DNA of 64,000 nucleotides from Mesotaenium endlicherianum. Its lineage: Eukaryota. Shown here piece after piece: positions 12,477 to 23,884 of this stretch; within the stretch, counting starts at the first letter, position 1; every line of letters starts with the position of its first letter. The translations under genes were made by a program, and so were the position numbers. The notes under the pieces are model-generated. The model ran no database searches. It worked only from the letters and a program-made list of their open reading frames with translations, and was not told the origin of the DNA. Location of the stretch: contig WELA01001729.1 of the NCBI GenBank assembly GCA_009602735.1, forward strand, positions 1 through 64,000, read 5' to 3'.

Positions 12477-15386
12477 GCTATGCAGTCTAGAGGGAGAGGT
12501 GGTTACTATCGAGGTGGCTATGGAAGAGGTGGTGGTAGGACTAAGCCAAGACCAGCCTCAGCAAAATCGATTTGCTGTCATTGCTAACAGCTGGGCCACT
12601 ACAGAGAGCAGTGTCTTAGCAAGCACCTTCCAAAGGTCAAGAGAAAGGACCAGCCTTTAGAAGACAGCAACAGTCAGTAATCCAGTCTACTGATTGTGAG
12701 GATGCTAGAGATAGTGAGTTGTCACTAGCTGTCCTTGTAGCAGGTATGATGGGTTATGTTGAACTGGATTCACTATGCATGCTTGACAAAAAGATAAAGG
12801 AGACCATCAGCAACATGGATTCTCAGAGAGTGCACACTCTGGATGATCTTGTTTCACCTGATGTCCAACATTTCTTTGCTAAGTCAGGAGAACAATGCGA
12901 AAGTCAGGAAAATTAAGTCCTCCCTACTCTACTGCATTGTATGATTGCAGGTAGGAAGGTGAGGGCATTTGTTGACGGAGGGGCGTCACATACTTTTATC
13001 CATAAGGACTTAGATAAGCAGCTGAGGCTGCCTACTGTCACCCAAGGGAATAGAAAAATATTCGTTGGAGATGCCTCAAGTATCCCGGGAGGGGTTATAA
13101 CCAAGCCTATTGAGGTCCAGTTAGATTCTAGCTTTGCAGTTCTAATTGAAACGCTTACATTTGAGGTACTCAACACAAGCTTCTATAATCTCGTGCTAGG
13201 CAGGTCCTGGCTTAATAGACATCAAGCTGAAGTGTGTTGGAGCAGAGGTATAGTTAAAGTGAGAGGAGCCAGTGATGGGCAGACTAACTTGGCACCCACC
13301 AGTGCTCTTCCTCTTGTCCTGTTTGGATGGCAGATGAAGGAAAAGAAGAGGTTTCCAGGAGGATGCAAATTGCTGAATGCAATGGAGTTCATTGAAAGCT
13401 GGAACCAGAAGGAAGATAGATTGTTATGTCTGAGATACCTCCTCAACGTAAATAAGTGGTTGAGAAAAAGATGAGACCTCCGAGCACCCTACTGCTGCAA
13501 AAATTGTTGCTCGATAAACTGATGTTTTTAATATGCCTTCAGGACTGCCGTCTAAGAGAGAAGTAGATCATAGGATTGATTTAGTACCTAAAAGTCAGCG
13601 ACCTTGGCAACGCACCTATGGCTGGTCTTATATGGAAAACGAAGAGTTGAAAACGCAGATTGCAGAGCCAGAGGAAAATGATTATATATCCCCCAGTGAA
13701 TCACCTTATGGTGCACCCATCCTGTTTGTTAAGAAAAAGGATGGTACTATGCGAATGTGCGTGGGTGTCAGAGCTCTTAACGGGATTACAGTAAAGAACA
13801 ACTATGCTTTACCCAGAATTGAGAACTTGCTTGATACCGTGTCTGGTGCTAAAGTGTTTAGTGAGATAGATCTCAAAAGTGGTTATCATTAAATCAGAAT
13901 TGCTGAGGGTGATGAACACAAGACTGCCTTCCGCACACGTTATGGACACTATGGTTTGGCTAACTATCATAGGAGATTCATTCATAATTACTCTACAAAG
14001 GCCAGTACACTGATTGATCTGACTAAGAAGGACATACGGTATGTGTGGGGGGAAGAGCAGCAAGATGCCTTCCAAACCCTTAAAGATGCTCGCTTTTCTG
14101 CCCCAGTGATGGCTGTGTGACTTCAGCAAACCTGTGCAGGTGGTTACTAATGCTTTGGACTTTGCCATGGGTGCTATTTTGTTGCAGCCTGCTGACAAAA
14201 CCACAAAGGATGGTAAGGTAAAGCAGGATTGGCACCCGGTGCTGTATGAGTCCATAAAATTTAACCCAGCTGAAATCAACTATTATGTGCATGATCGAGA
14301 GCTGCTTGCTATCATTCATGTGCTCAAACAGTGGAGAGCATACGTACTTGGTAAAGCTTTTAAGGTGATTACAGATCGTCTAGCTCTGACTCACTTTCAG
14401 AAGAAGTCCAAGCTGTTGAGGAGGGAGAACCGCTGGAGCCAAATGCAAGAGCAGTTCCAAGTCCAAATTGACTACAAACCAGGGAAGTTGAATCCTGCTG
14501 ATGCACTCTCCAGAAGACCTGACATGCAAGAAAAGAACTTCAGACAGCATGCTGTAGACAAAGTGCTTTGTGCACTCACTTCACTAAAGGTGAAAAAGTC
14601 CTTCCTGGAACAAGTTAGGAAAGCCTACCTTTCTGACCCAACATTTGAGCCCAGCCCCACTGATGGTGTGTGTCCTGCTACTGCACTCGGGTATAGACTA
14701 AAGCGAGGGGTCTCGGTGACTGAAACCACTTCAGGTAGACTAAAGCTAGTCATTCCGAATAACTTGGAAATAAGGTCACCCTTCCTGAGTCAAGCACATG
14801 ACAGTTTACTGGGTGGACATTTGGGGCAGGCCATAATTGTTGGTAAACTGGCAAAACATTATCATTAATATGGGTTGCCTCCGGAGATCTTGAAATATGT
14901 AAAGTCCTGTGATCAGTGTCAGAAAAAGAAGTCTAGACACACACCACCCAGGGGGCTATTACAACCACTGCCCATCCCAGCTGGACGCGAAGAAACAATA
15001 TCCATGGACTGGGTGGTAACACTACCAAGGATTGCCAATGGGCATGATTCTATACTGGTAGTAGTGAATAAATTGATAAAAATGGTCATTTTCATCCCCA
15101 CCACTATCAAAGTAACTGCGCTCGAAATTGCGAGACAGTTCTACAACCATGTAGTATGCCCACATGGGCTACCCTCTAACATCATCTCAGACAGAGACTC
15201 AAAATTTACCTCCAAATTCTGGAGAGTTTTAATGGGGTTAATGGAAGTGAAACAGCTGCTCACCACAACAAACTACCCTCAGACTGATGGACAGACTGAA
15301 AGAACTAACCGAGTTTTGCAGGAGGTGCTCAAAGCATATATTAACCAAAAACAAGATAATTAGGATGACCTGTCGCCTCAAATTCA
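12477..15386 (+). pseudogene. pol: B1 gag end and pol (protease FVDGGASH, RT with internal deletion near 13951, RNase H, integrase)
   Basis: ORFs 12941-13474, 13533-13892, 14134-14868, 14875-15363. Confidence 0.88.
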
Positions 15387-15388
15387 CT

Positions 15389-16087
15389 CAAATAGGCGAT
15401 TAACAATTAATGAAGATCTTTATATCAGCAAGTAATCTTTATGGTATTTTCTGTTAATTGATTAAACAGCAAAAGACAACTCTCTAGCAGTGGACAATAC
15501 TCGTAAGTCAAATGGAAGTAAATTAGCCTCAATAATGCAATCAGTAGACTCCCACATAAGCAAGGCTAGGAGACAGTGCATATCAATGGCTTCTCGCCTT
15601 GGATTCAGATCCCTCTCAGTAAGCTGTACAAGAGAGTTGGCCTCGTTTTCGAATGCCGAACTCGAGGGCAATACCTGGCATATGTACATGGAATGAGTTT
15701 GCTGTTCAACAGCCAGTGCGATGGCACCGCCAACCCGGAAGTTAACCACGATGGTAGGACCTCGGTTAACCAAATCCACCGCCATCTCCTATTATCCCGA
15801 ATCGCCATCCATCCTAAGGATGTCATCTGGCCATTCATCTAGCACACCACACTTAAATGCATATCTAGGCAGTTCACTGCTACCGAGTACGGAAGGCAGC
15901 TGGCTGACAAAGAATGTGTCAGCAAGCTGACCTAGTAGACTTCAGCCTGCTGCTCCCGGCTGAGTCATTAAACTGGTAATTATATAAAGTCCAACAAGCT
16001 CAATACGAACTAAGTCGAGGAGGCTGAACTTATTTAACTATTATATATAAATGAATATTATTTTTACCAATATACTGATTCATTACA
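15389..16087 (-). repeat. Family B solo-type LTR inserted antisense in B1 integrase (one end clipped by ~18 bp)
   Basis: Matches B LTRs, ends GATTCATTACA; integrase QIQ/FAVNSAVH sequence resumes at 16088. Confidence 0.88.
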
Positions 16088-16385
16088 CCGGTCAACTGTG
16101 AGGTGCACGCGTCAACAGAATAGATTCCCTTTGAACTTAGTCTGGGTAGAGTCCCTAAGTTTCCTTTAGATGTGCTAGGGGAGTCCTTAACTCACTCTGA
16201 GGGCATTGACAATCCGGTGTCTCTCCAATTAACTCAGGAGTTTGCAAACACCCTGTCAGAAGTCCAACACAATCTGCACAAAGCCCAGGAAAAGCAACAA
16301 AATACGCTAATCAACACCGTCGAGAGCTGACATTTTCAGAGGAAGATTTGGTCAAACTGCATTCTCAACACCTTTACCTGCCTGG

Positions 16386-16885
16386 TGTAGTGATTTGAGT
16401 TATTATATATTGGTTTGCACATATTTTAATGTTTTCAAATATATTTGGAGTATTGTGTGGAGTCAAGTGTGAATAGGTACTCTAGTAACTTGGTTCATGT
16501 CCTTTGAACCTTCCAAGGCATTTTCGAAGTTAGAGGAAAGACCTAGAAGAACTCCATGTGGCAAAAGTCAAATGTGCCATTTTTAGGTCAAAAGGACATG
16601 TGTACATTATTCTAGAAAGAGGTGGCAAGTTTTGGGATGTGTTGGGTGCCAACACATCAACATACACCTTCCTAGAAATTACTTATGTAGCAAGTATATA
16701 AACAAGAGCTAGAACATAGAAAGACATTCCAGAATCACTCTTGTACTTGCCAAAATCCAGAAATATATTAACTTTCAAGAAGCCATCTCTCTTTCAAGAA
16801 GCTACCACTTGTGTTCAAAGATCCTTGTCTTGAATAGATAAAGTATTCTGTTTTACTAAGTACTTTATCTATCTGTTTCACTACA
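16386..16885 (+). repeat. 5' LTR of A2
   Basis: Direct repeat of 22562-23064, TG...CA. Confidence 0.95.
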
Positions 16886-16886
16886 G

Positions 16887-16898
16887 TGGTATCGGAGC
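16887..16898 (+). promoter_or_regulatory. PBS TGGTATCGGAGC of A2
   Basis: Adjacent to the 5' LTR. Confidence 0.92.
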
Positions 16899-16922
16899 TA
16901 GGCACTTTGGTAGCACAAGAAG

Positions 16923-18203
16923 ATGGCCGATCCTCAAGACCAACAGCAAGCTTTCGAAGGAAGCCCTTCCTCTCCAAGACACCCTCCTCCAGCGCCGATG
17001 GGAGAGCCCACTCAAGAAAATCTGCAACAACAAGAAGCACCACAAGGAGGAGCACACCCTCCTCCAGCGTCGATGGGAGAGCCTACTCAAGGAAATCTGC
17101 AACAACAAGAAGCACCACAAGGAGGAGCACCGTCAAATCCCGTGGCAGCCGCTATAGCAAAGTTGACCCCACCACAAGGAGTTCCCGCAAATGAGTGGGC
17201 AGCCTTCCTAATGACCGTCCACAACCAAGTGGGCTTGGCCACCTATGAAGCAACCGTGCAAGCGTCAAGAGAAGCTATGGCTGCCATGGTTGCCCCTATT
17301 GCGAGCAATGCTCAAAATCCAGCCCCGGCTCAAGCGCCTCCACAAGAGCCAACGAGAGCAAGGAAACTCATCAAGCCCGGCAAACCCGACACTTTCAACC
17401 CCGGGAAAGGTGCCAACCTGAATTTATGGCTCTACCAAGTGGAGACGTACCTCGCGTTCCTTGAAGTACCCGAGGAGGACTACGTTCCCTTTGCCGTTAC
17501 CTTACTTAGAGGAGCAGCAACATCATGGTGGCGTAACTATCAAGCGGCTATATATCAAGCTATGGCGCACCCCATGCTCGGCCAAGAGCCCCCACCATCA
17601 TATGCAAGATGGGCAGATTTTCGTGAGGCCCTCAAGAAGCAATTCATGCCCATCAATGCGGAGAAGATTGCCCGAGGAAAGCTCCACCATCTCAAGCAAA
17701 CGACGTCCGTTCAAGAGTATACATCCAGATTTCACGCCCTCACTCTTGAGATCCCCAACATGTCTCTCGAGGAGAAGATTGACCGTTACATCTTTGGCCT
17801 CAAACCCAAGGTGGCAAAGGAAGTGGAGTTACGCGACTTGACGGACTTCTCAAAGATCATTGAAGTGGCCCAAAAGGTGGATACCTTGGATTTCAAGCAC
17901 TCCGTGCCTTCATCTTCACGGGTACCGACGACGCGGGTGTACGCAGCCCCTTCCACATCCGAATCTGGACCCACACCCATGGAAATCGGAGTTATTAAAA
18001 GGGACCCCGCGGCTGCCCGGAAGAGTGGAAGACCCTCCAATGACACTTATGATGCAAGAAACCAGCAAGGAGTGAAAGCAAGACTCTCCCCGGCTGAAAA
18101 AGAAGCTCTCATGACGGCTGGACTATGCTTCTATTGCAAGGAAAAGGGCCATCGTGCACTTTCATGCCCCAAAAAGTTGTCAAAAAACGGACAGCGCCGG
18201 TAG
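16923..18203 (+). CDS. gag: Family A Gag, intact 426 aa
   Basis: Capsid motifs, CCHC knuckle, ATG 24 nt after the PBS. Confidence 0.95.
   Translation: MADPQDQQQAFEGSPSSPRHPPPAPMGEPTQENLQQQEAPQGGAHPPPASMGEPTQGNLQQQEAPQGGAPSNPVAAAIAKLTPPQGVPANEWAAFLMTVHNQVGLATYEATVQASREAMAAMVAPIASNAQNPAPAQAPPQEPTRARKLIKPGKPDTFNPGKGANLNLWLYQVETYLAFLEVPEEDYVPFAVTLLRGAATSWWRNYQAAIYQAMAHPMLGQEPPPSYARWADFREALKKQFMPINAEKIARGKLHHLKQTTSVQEYTSRFHALTLEIPNMSLEEKIDRYIFGLKPKVAKEVELRDLTDFSKIIEVAQKVDTLDFKHSVPSSSRVPTTRVYAAPSTSESGPTPMEIGVIKRDPAAARKSGRPSNDTYDARNQQGVKARLSPAEKEALMTAGLCFYCKEKGHRALSCPKKLSKNGQRR
16980..17129 (+). repeat. 75-bp tandem duplication in gag ([25 protein letters not shown] x2)
   Basis: Direct reading; also present in A1. 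Confidence 0.9.
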
Positions 18204-21200
18204 GCCAGGAGCCTACCACCCCAAGACCCACTTCACGAGAAGGCAACACGCCAAGTGAGGTGGAGACCCCCGTTGAAGACGACGTTCCAGCCCCAATGAG
18301 TTTGAGAGGTTACCTTGGAGGAGAGAAGGTCCACATCTTGGTGGATAGCGGAGCTCAAGGCAACTTCATTGCTGCAGATTTCGCCACCAAGCACGGAATT
18401 ACTATGCTAACTCTTGACCACGATGAGGAGATTATGATGCCTGATGGATTCTCCTATACTACCCCTTCCAAGAAGACGTACCCCTTGGCACTCTCTATCA
18501 AGTCCTTCAAGGATAGAGTAGTGTTCTCCCCCATGCAATTGGGCAAGTACGACGTCATCCTAGGGACGCCTTGGTTGACCAAGCACAACCCCCAAGTTGA
18601 TTGGAGGACCGGTACTATCAAGATCAAGAATGACATCACTTCAAGAATCTGTATTTTGCGCGCAATCCAGAATATCCAGACCAAAGACATCGAGAAGTCG
18701 ACACACGAGATACTATTGTCCGCCCTCCAACTCAAGAGACTTGTGAGGAAGGGACACGAGCTTCTTTTGGCCTTGATCACGCCAAAAGACATCAAGAAAG
18801 ACATCGAGAGTCAAGAAGGCAGCCCCGTTCCCAAGGAGATACAAGAAGTCTTGGAGGACTACAAAAAAGTATTCTCTCCGGAATTGCCCAAGAGCTTACC
18901 CCCCAAGAGATTTGTAGACCACAAGATAGAGTTGGAGCCCGGAAGTAAGCCCATCTCTCGGCCTACGTTCAAAATGTCATACACGGAGCTAGACGAAGTC
19001 AAGAAGCAAATCAAGGAGCTACTGGAGCATGGCTTCATTCGACCTAGCAAGTCGCCATTTGGAGCCCCGGTGCTATTTGTCAAGAAGAAAGATGGTACCT
19101 TGAGGATGTGTGTGGACTATCGCGCCCTCAACAAGATCACCATCAAGAATCGATACCCGCTGCCGCGCATGGATGAGCTCATGGACCGGCTGGTTGGAGC
19201 CAAGTACTTCACGAAGATTGACTTACGGAGCGGCTACCACCAGATTCGCATCGCAGAACCGGACATAGAGAAGACGGCATTCAGGACAAGATATGGACAT
19301 TTTGAGTTCACGGTCTTGCCATTTGGACTCACCAACACGCCAGCAACTTTCATGACTATGATGAACACCATATTTCAGCCGATGTTGGACAGATTTGTGG
19401 TGGTATTCATCGATGACATCCTTATCTACAGCAAGACCCTTGAAGAGCATGCGAGACACTTGAAAGAAGTCCTTGAAGTATTGAAGCAAAACAAGCTATT
19501 TGCGAAGGAGTCAAAATGCGAGTTTGCCAAACAAGAAGTGGAGTTCCTAGGTCTCCACGTGACTGCTGATGGCATCAAGATAGACCCCAAGAAGACCACG
19601 GTGGTGGAGGAATGGCCAACCCCCACGACCAAGAAAGAACTCCAGTCATTCTTGGGATTTGCCAATTGGTACAGAAAATTCATCCAAGGCTTCTCGCACA
19701 TAGCAGCCCCCCTGACAGATCTACTCAAGAAGGACAGGCTATATACATGGACCGAGAAAGAGGAAGAGGCATTTCAAGAGTTAAAGCGAAGATTGACCAC
19801 ATCCCCGGTGCTCACACTCCCAAGTCCAAACCCAGATTGGCCCTTCCACGTCATCACCGATGCATCTTCCTATGCAATAGGAGCAATCCTGCTTCAAGAC
19901 CAAGGCAAGGGACTGCAGCCCATCGCCTACGAGTCAAGGAAGCTAAATCCAGCCGAGCAAAATTATACAACCACGGAGCGAGAGGCATTGGCGATTGTAC
20001 ATGCCTTGAAGGTTTGGCGCTGCTACGTTGAAGGACGCAAAGTACTGGTCACCACGGACCACGAGGCGTTAAAGCACCTCCAAACGCAGCCGTATCTCTC
20101 AAGGAGACAAGCAAGATGGAGCGGATACTTGCAACAATACAACATCACGATTCAGTACCAGCCCGGCAAGACAAACCCGGCTGACCCCCTCTCAAGACTG
20201 CAATTAAATGCAGTGATGGTATCCCTGAAGACAGAGCTGGAAGCTTGATTTTCAGCCGCCTATGAAAGAGACCCTTACTACAAGAACGGAGAAGCAGCCT
20301 TTAGACCCCATACAAGAAGCAAGAAGGCAATTATTGGGTGAGGCAAGATACGAGCCAGAGATGTGTTCCTAATGACATAGACCTCCGGCTCTTGCTTCTA
20401 CGAGAAGCACACGACAACCCTCTTGGAGGACACTTTGGAATCCTAAGGACCACGGGCGTTCTAGCTAGGACTTATTGTTGGCCAGGCATGTCTAAGCAAG
20501 TCAAGGAGTACTGCAGGAGCTGTGACACATGCCAAAGAATCAAGCCATCATCGCAAAAGGCGGGAGGACTCCTCCAACCACTACCAATCCCCGAAAGACA
20601 ATGGACGGACATCTCAATGGACCTTATCGTGGACTTGCCCGTGACACCTCGAGGCCATAATGCAATAGTCACGGTGGTGGACAGACTTACTAAGATGGCT
20701 CATTTTATTCCCACGACGACTAAGGCTACAGCACCATAACTTGCAAGGCTCATCGTTGACAACATCTTCCGACTCCATGGACTACCATCAAGAATTGTGT
20801 CGGATAAAGATCCAAGATTCACAAGCCATTTCTGGAAAAATCTCTTCAAGAACTTGGGTACATTGCTGAATATGTCCACTGCCTACCACCCGCAATCAGA
20901 TGGGCAAACCGAGCGTATGAATCGTACTCTAAAGACCTCTCTAAAGGCCTACGTGTCTACCCTCGAGCAAGACTGGGACATGTACTTGACCCCCCTCGAG
21001 TTTGCCTACAACAACACTACGCAGGCCTCTACCCAAGAGTCCCCATTCTTCCTCAACTATGGCTTCCATCCGACCACGCCACTGAGCTTCACGGCTGGCC
21101 TTGATGAAGTACCTGCAGCCACAGATTTTATGGAGACATTAGAAGCAGCCCTTACAGCAGCAAAGAAAGCTCTACAACAGGCACAAGATGCTCAAGCAAG

Positions 21201-21792
21201 AGTAGCAAACAGGTCAAGAAGAGAAATTACGTACAGAGCGGGTGACAACGTGTTACTATCATCCAAGAATATTTCCCTGAACAACAGGCCTGCCGGCAGC
21301 AAGTTCTCTCCCAAGTATTTGGGACCCTTCAAGATTATCCAGCAAGTCAACCCCGTTGCTTTCAAGCTAGAACTTCCCCAGACTATGCACATCGACCCCG
21401 TATTCCACGCTTCCCTCTTCAAGCCATATGTACAACCCGACAACAAGTTCCCAGGACGTGTGACAACCCCACCAGCCCCAACAATAGTGGATGATCTGTT
21501 GCAGTACGAAGTGCAAGACATAGTGGCTATGAGAAATTTCAGGAGACAGCAGCAATACTTGATCAAGTGGAAAGGATATCCAGATTCGGAGAATAGTTGG
21601 GTGGCGGCGCACTACCTTGACAAAGTTCAGAGAAAGTTGAAGCGCTTCCATGCCGCCAACCCCCATCTTGGACCAGCCCCAAGTCTCTCTGCTAGAAGCT
21701 TAAATACTTCAGGGAGGCAGCCTGCCACCATCAAGAAGCAGCAGAAGACCCTTTGGAGGCAGCCTGCAAGAACAAGAAAGAGGAAAAATTGA
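18182..21792 (+). pseudogene. pol: A2 pol (PR-RT-RH-IN-chromodomain), -1 frame to gag; premature stops at 20248 and 20739 plus a frameshift
   Basis: ORFs 18125-20248 ([24 protein letters not shown]), 20338-20739, 20797-21792 (YHPQSDGQTER, GPF, YEVQDI...YLIKWKGY...SW). Confidence 0.93.
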
Positions 21793-22417
21793 CATTAGAC
21801 ACTCTTCTCTTCTCGCAATTTCTGGAAAGAAAACTAAAACTGCTATTGGTGATAGGTCTCTGCATAGTAAATTCTGAAAAATTACCTAGCTGTAGTCCAT
21901 GAGTAGCCGGTCATTTAGAATCCACGTTTGCTCAATTTGGAGCATTGGTGAGAGAGATATGATGCTCTAAGTAGAAGGGGGTCAGGCTGCTGGCATTGTT
22001 AGGACAGAATATGCCTTCTGACATTGTGCCCTCCCCTGAACTTGGAATGCTCTGAAACTCAAGACTCTGGTAGAACATCTTGCAGCGCCCAGTTTGAGAC
22101 TTAGTTTGCAGCATTTTGAGAAATATAGAAGGACTTATGATTTTCAGAAGTTTCTGCACAGATTTGGAGGAGTGCCTACTCTCTCAGCTCTCAACAACAC
22201 TCGAGACATGAGAATGCTCTCAAATTTGGTGACCCGGTAGAGTTCTCCAACACGGTCCGTCTGGGACTCGAATTTTTAGATTTGGTGCTGTTCTGTGGCC
22301 GCTATGAATTTTTGAAATTGTGGCAAATTCTGGGCCAACTTGTACAATTTTCTTTATCATTAAGGAGTAGGCTAGCCAATAAGGTCACACCACCTACGAC
22401 CTTGCCTAGTCTACCTT

Positions 22418-22523
22418 ACATGTGTAGCACCTGACTTGGCGCCTTTGACTAGTCCTCTCCACATGTGTGGCATCTGACTTGAAACTGTTGACTAGTTTGC
22501 TCCACATGTGTAAGACCTGACTG
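22418..22523 (+). repeat. 43-bp degenerate tandem repeat (~2.5 copies, ACATGTGT...CTGACT) upstream of the A2 PPT
   Basis: ACATGTG at 22418, 22461 and 22504. Confidence 0.8.
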
Positions 22524-22561
22524 GTCGCGCTGAGACGTCGCTTTTTCTATCGGGGGGGTGA

Positions 22562-23064
22562 TGTAGTGATTTGAGTTATTATATATTAGTTTGCATATAT
22601 TTTAATGTTTTCAAATATATTTGGAGTAGTATTGTGTGGATTCAAGTGTGAATAGGTACTCTAGTGACTTGGTTCATGTCCTTTGAACCTTCGAAGGCAT
22701 TTTCGAAGTTAGAGGAAAGACCTAGAAGAACTCCATGTGGCAAAAGTCAAATGTGCCATTTTTAGGTCAAAAGGACATGTGTACATTATTCTAGAAAGAG
22801 GTGGCAAGTTTTGGGATGTGTTGGGTGCCAACACATCAACATACACTTTCCTAGAAATTACTTATGTAGCAAGTATATAAACAAGAGCTAGAACATAGAA
22901 AGACATGGGAGAATCACTCTTGTACTTGCCAAAATCCAGAAATATATTAACTTTCAAGAAGCCATCTCTCTTTCAAGAAGCTACCACTTGTGTTCAAAGA
23001 TCCTTGTCTTGAATAGATAAAGTATTCTGTTTTACTAAGTACTTTATCTATCTGTTTCACTACA
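22562..23064 (+). repeat. 3' LTR of A2
   Basis: Follows G7 PPT; direct repeat of the 5' LTR. Confidence 0.95.
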
Positions 23065-23069
23065 CCTAA

Positions 23070-23476
23070 TGTGGTCAAGAAAAAGCTTGGTCCGATCTAG
23101 GTCGGTCCATATTCGATGGTGCGCTGTGTCGGTCGGAATGCTTACAAACTGACCATGTCAGCGGAATACAAGGGTCACCTTTTAATGTCTCCTTCCTGGA
23201 AGCATACATCAAAGGTGATACAGTGTTCATAGGTCGGTTACCTTCCAACCGGGACCGGTCCCCGCTGTCAGGGACGATGACCCTGAGGATTATGAGGTCA
23301 AGGAAAGTTTAGACGCTTGCTCTGTCTGTCGATCATCTAAATATGTCATGAAATACCTGGTCAGATGGAAGGGTTACGATGCCTTTGGGGATACTTGGGA
23401 ACTTAAGGACCATTTGACCAATGCCAAAGGGGCGTTGAAACGGTTCCACCTTCGGGCGACTGGCGCACCTTCCTAA
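23070..23476 (+). pseudogene. pol: B1 integrase C-terminus and chromodomain
   Basis: VVKKKLGP...GPY...YEV...YLVRWKGY...TWE...RFHLRA, homologous to 35631-36014. Confidence 0.85.
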
Positions 23477-23884
23477 CTGTCATTTCACTTGGCATAGGAC
23501 GGTGACAGGAGGTCCTGTCTCCATTTAAGTTGGGGCAATGTACAAGTAAAGGACAATTAGTGTGCGAGAAAGGGAGAGTTATTGACAGTAAAGTTTCAGC
23601 ATAGTGACAGATGTGACAGCCAGGCCCACATTAAGCTAAGTTGGCGGGTGCCCACCACTCGGAAGGATGAAGGGACCAGAACATCACCAAATCACTTAAC
23701 CTACCCTGCAAGCACAATCATTCGTTTATTCTCATTGTACTGTAGCTCCGTTAACTCCTAGTAACCACCCTATGAGGTAAAAGAGAGCAAACCTACTATA
23801 CTGATACGAACTTACTTCTCTTCTTGCAACTCCTGTGACAAAGATTGAGATCCTACTAACTTGTGCCATGGTTATATGTGCAGG

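Larger units (their letters stand above)
16386..23064 (+). mobile_element. Family A chromovirus copy A2, full length, inserted in B1 integrase
   Basis: LTRs 16386-16885 and 22562-23064 (TGTAGTG...CACTACA), PBS 16887-16898, PPT 22552-22561, degenerate TSD CCTGG/CCTAA. Confidence 0.95.

Noticed and set aside
22418..22523. CRISPR-like repeat-spacer array
   Set aside because: Degenerate contiguous tandem repeat inside a eukaryotic retrotransposon; no unique spacers or cas genes
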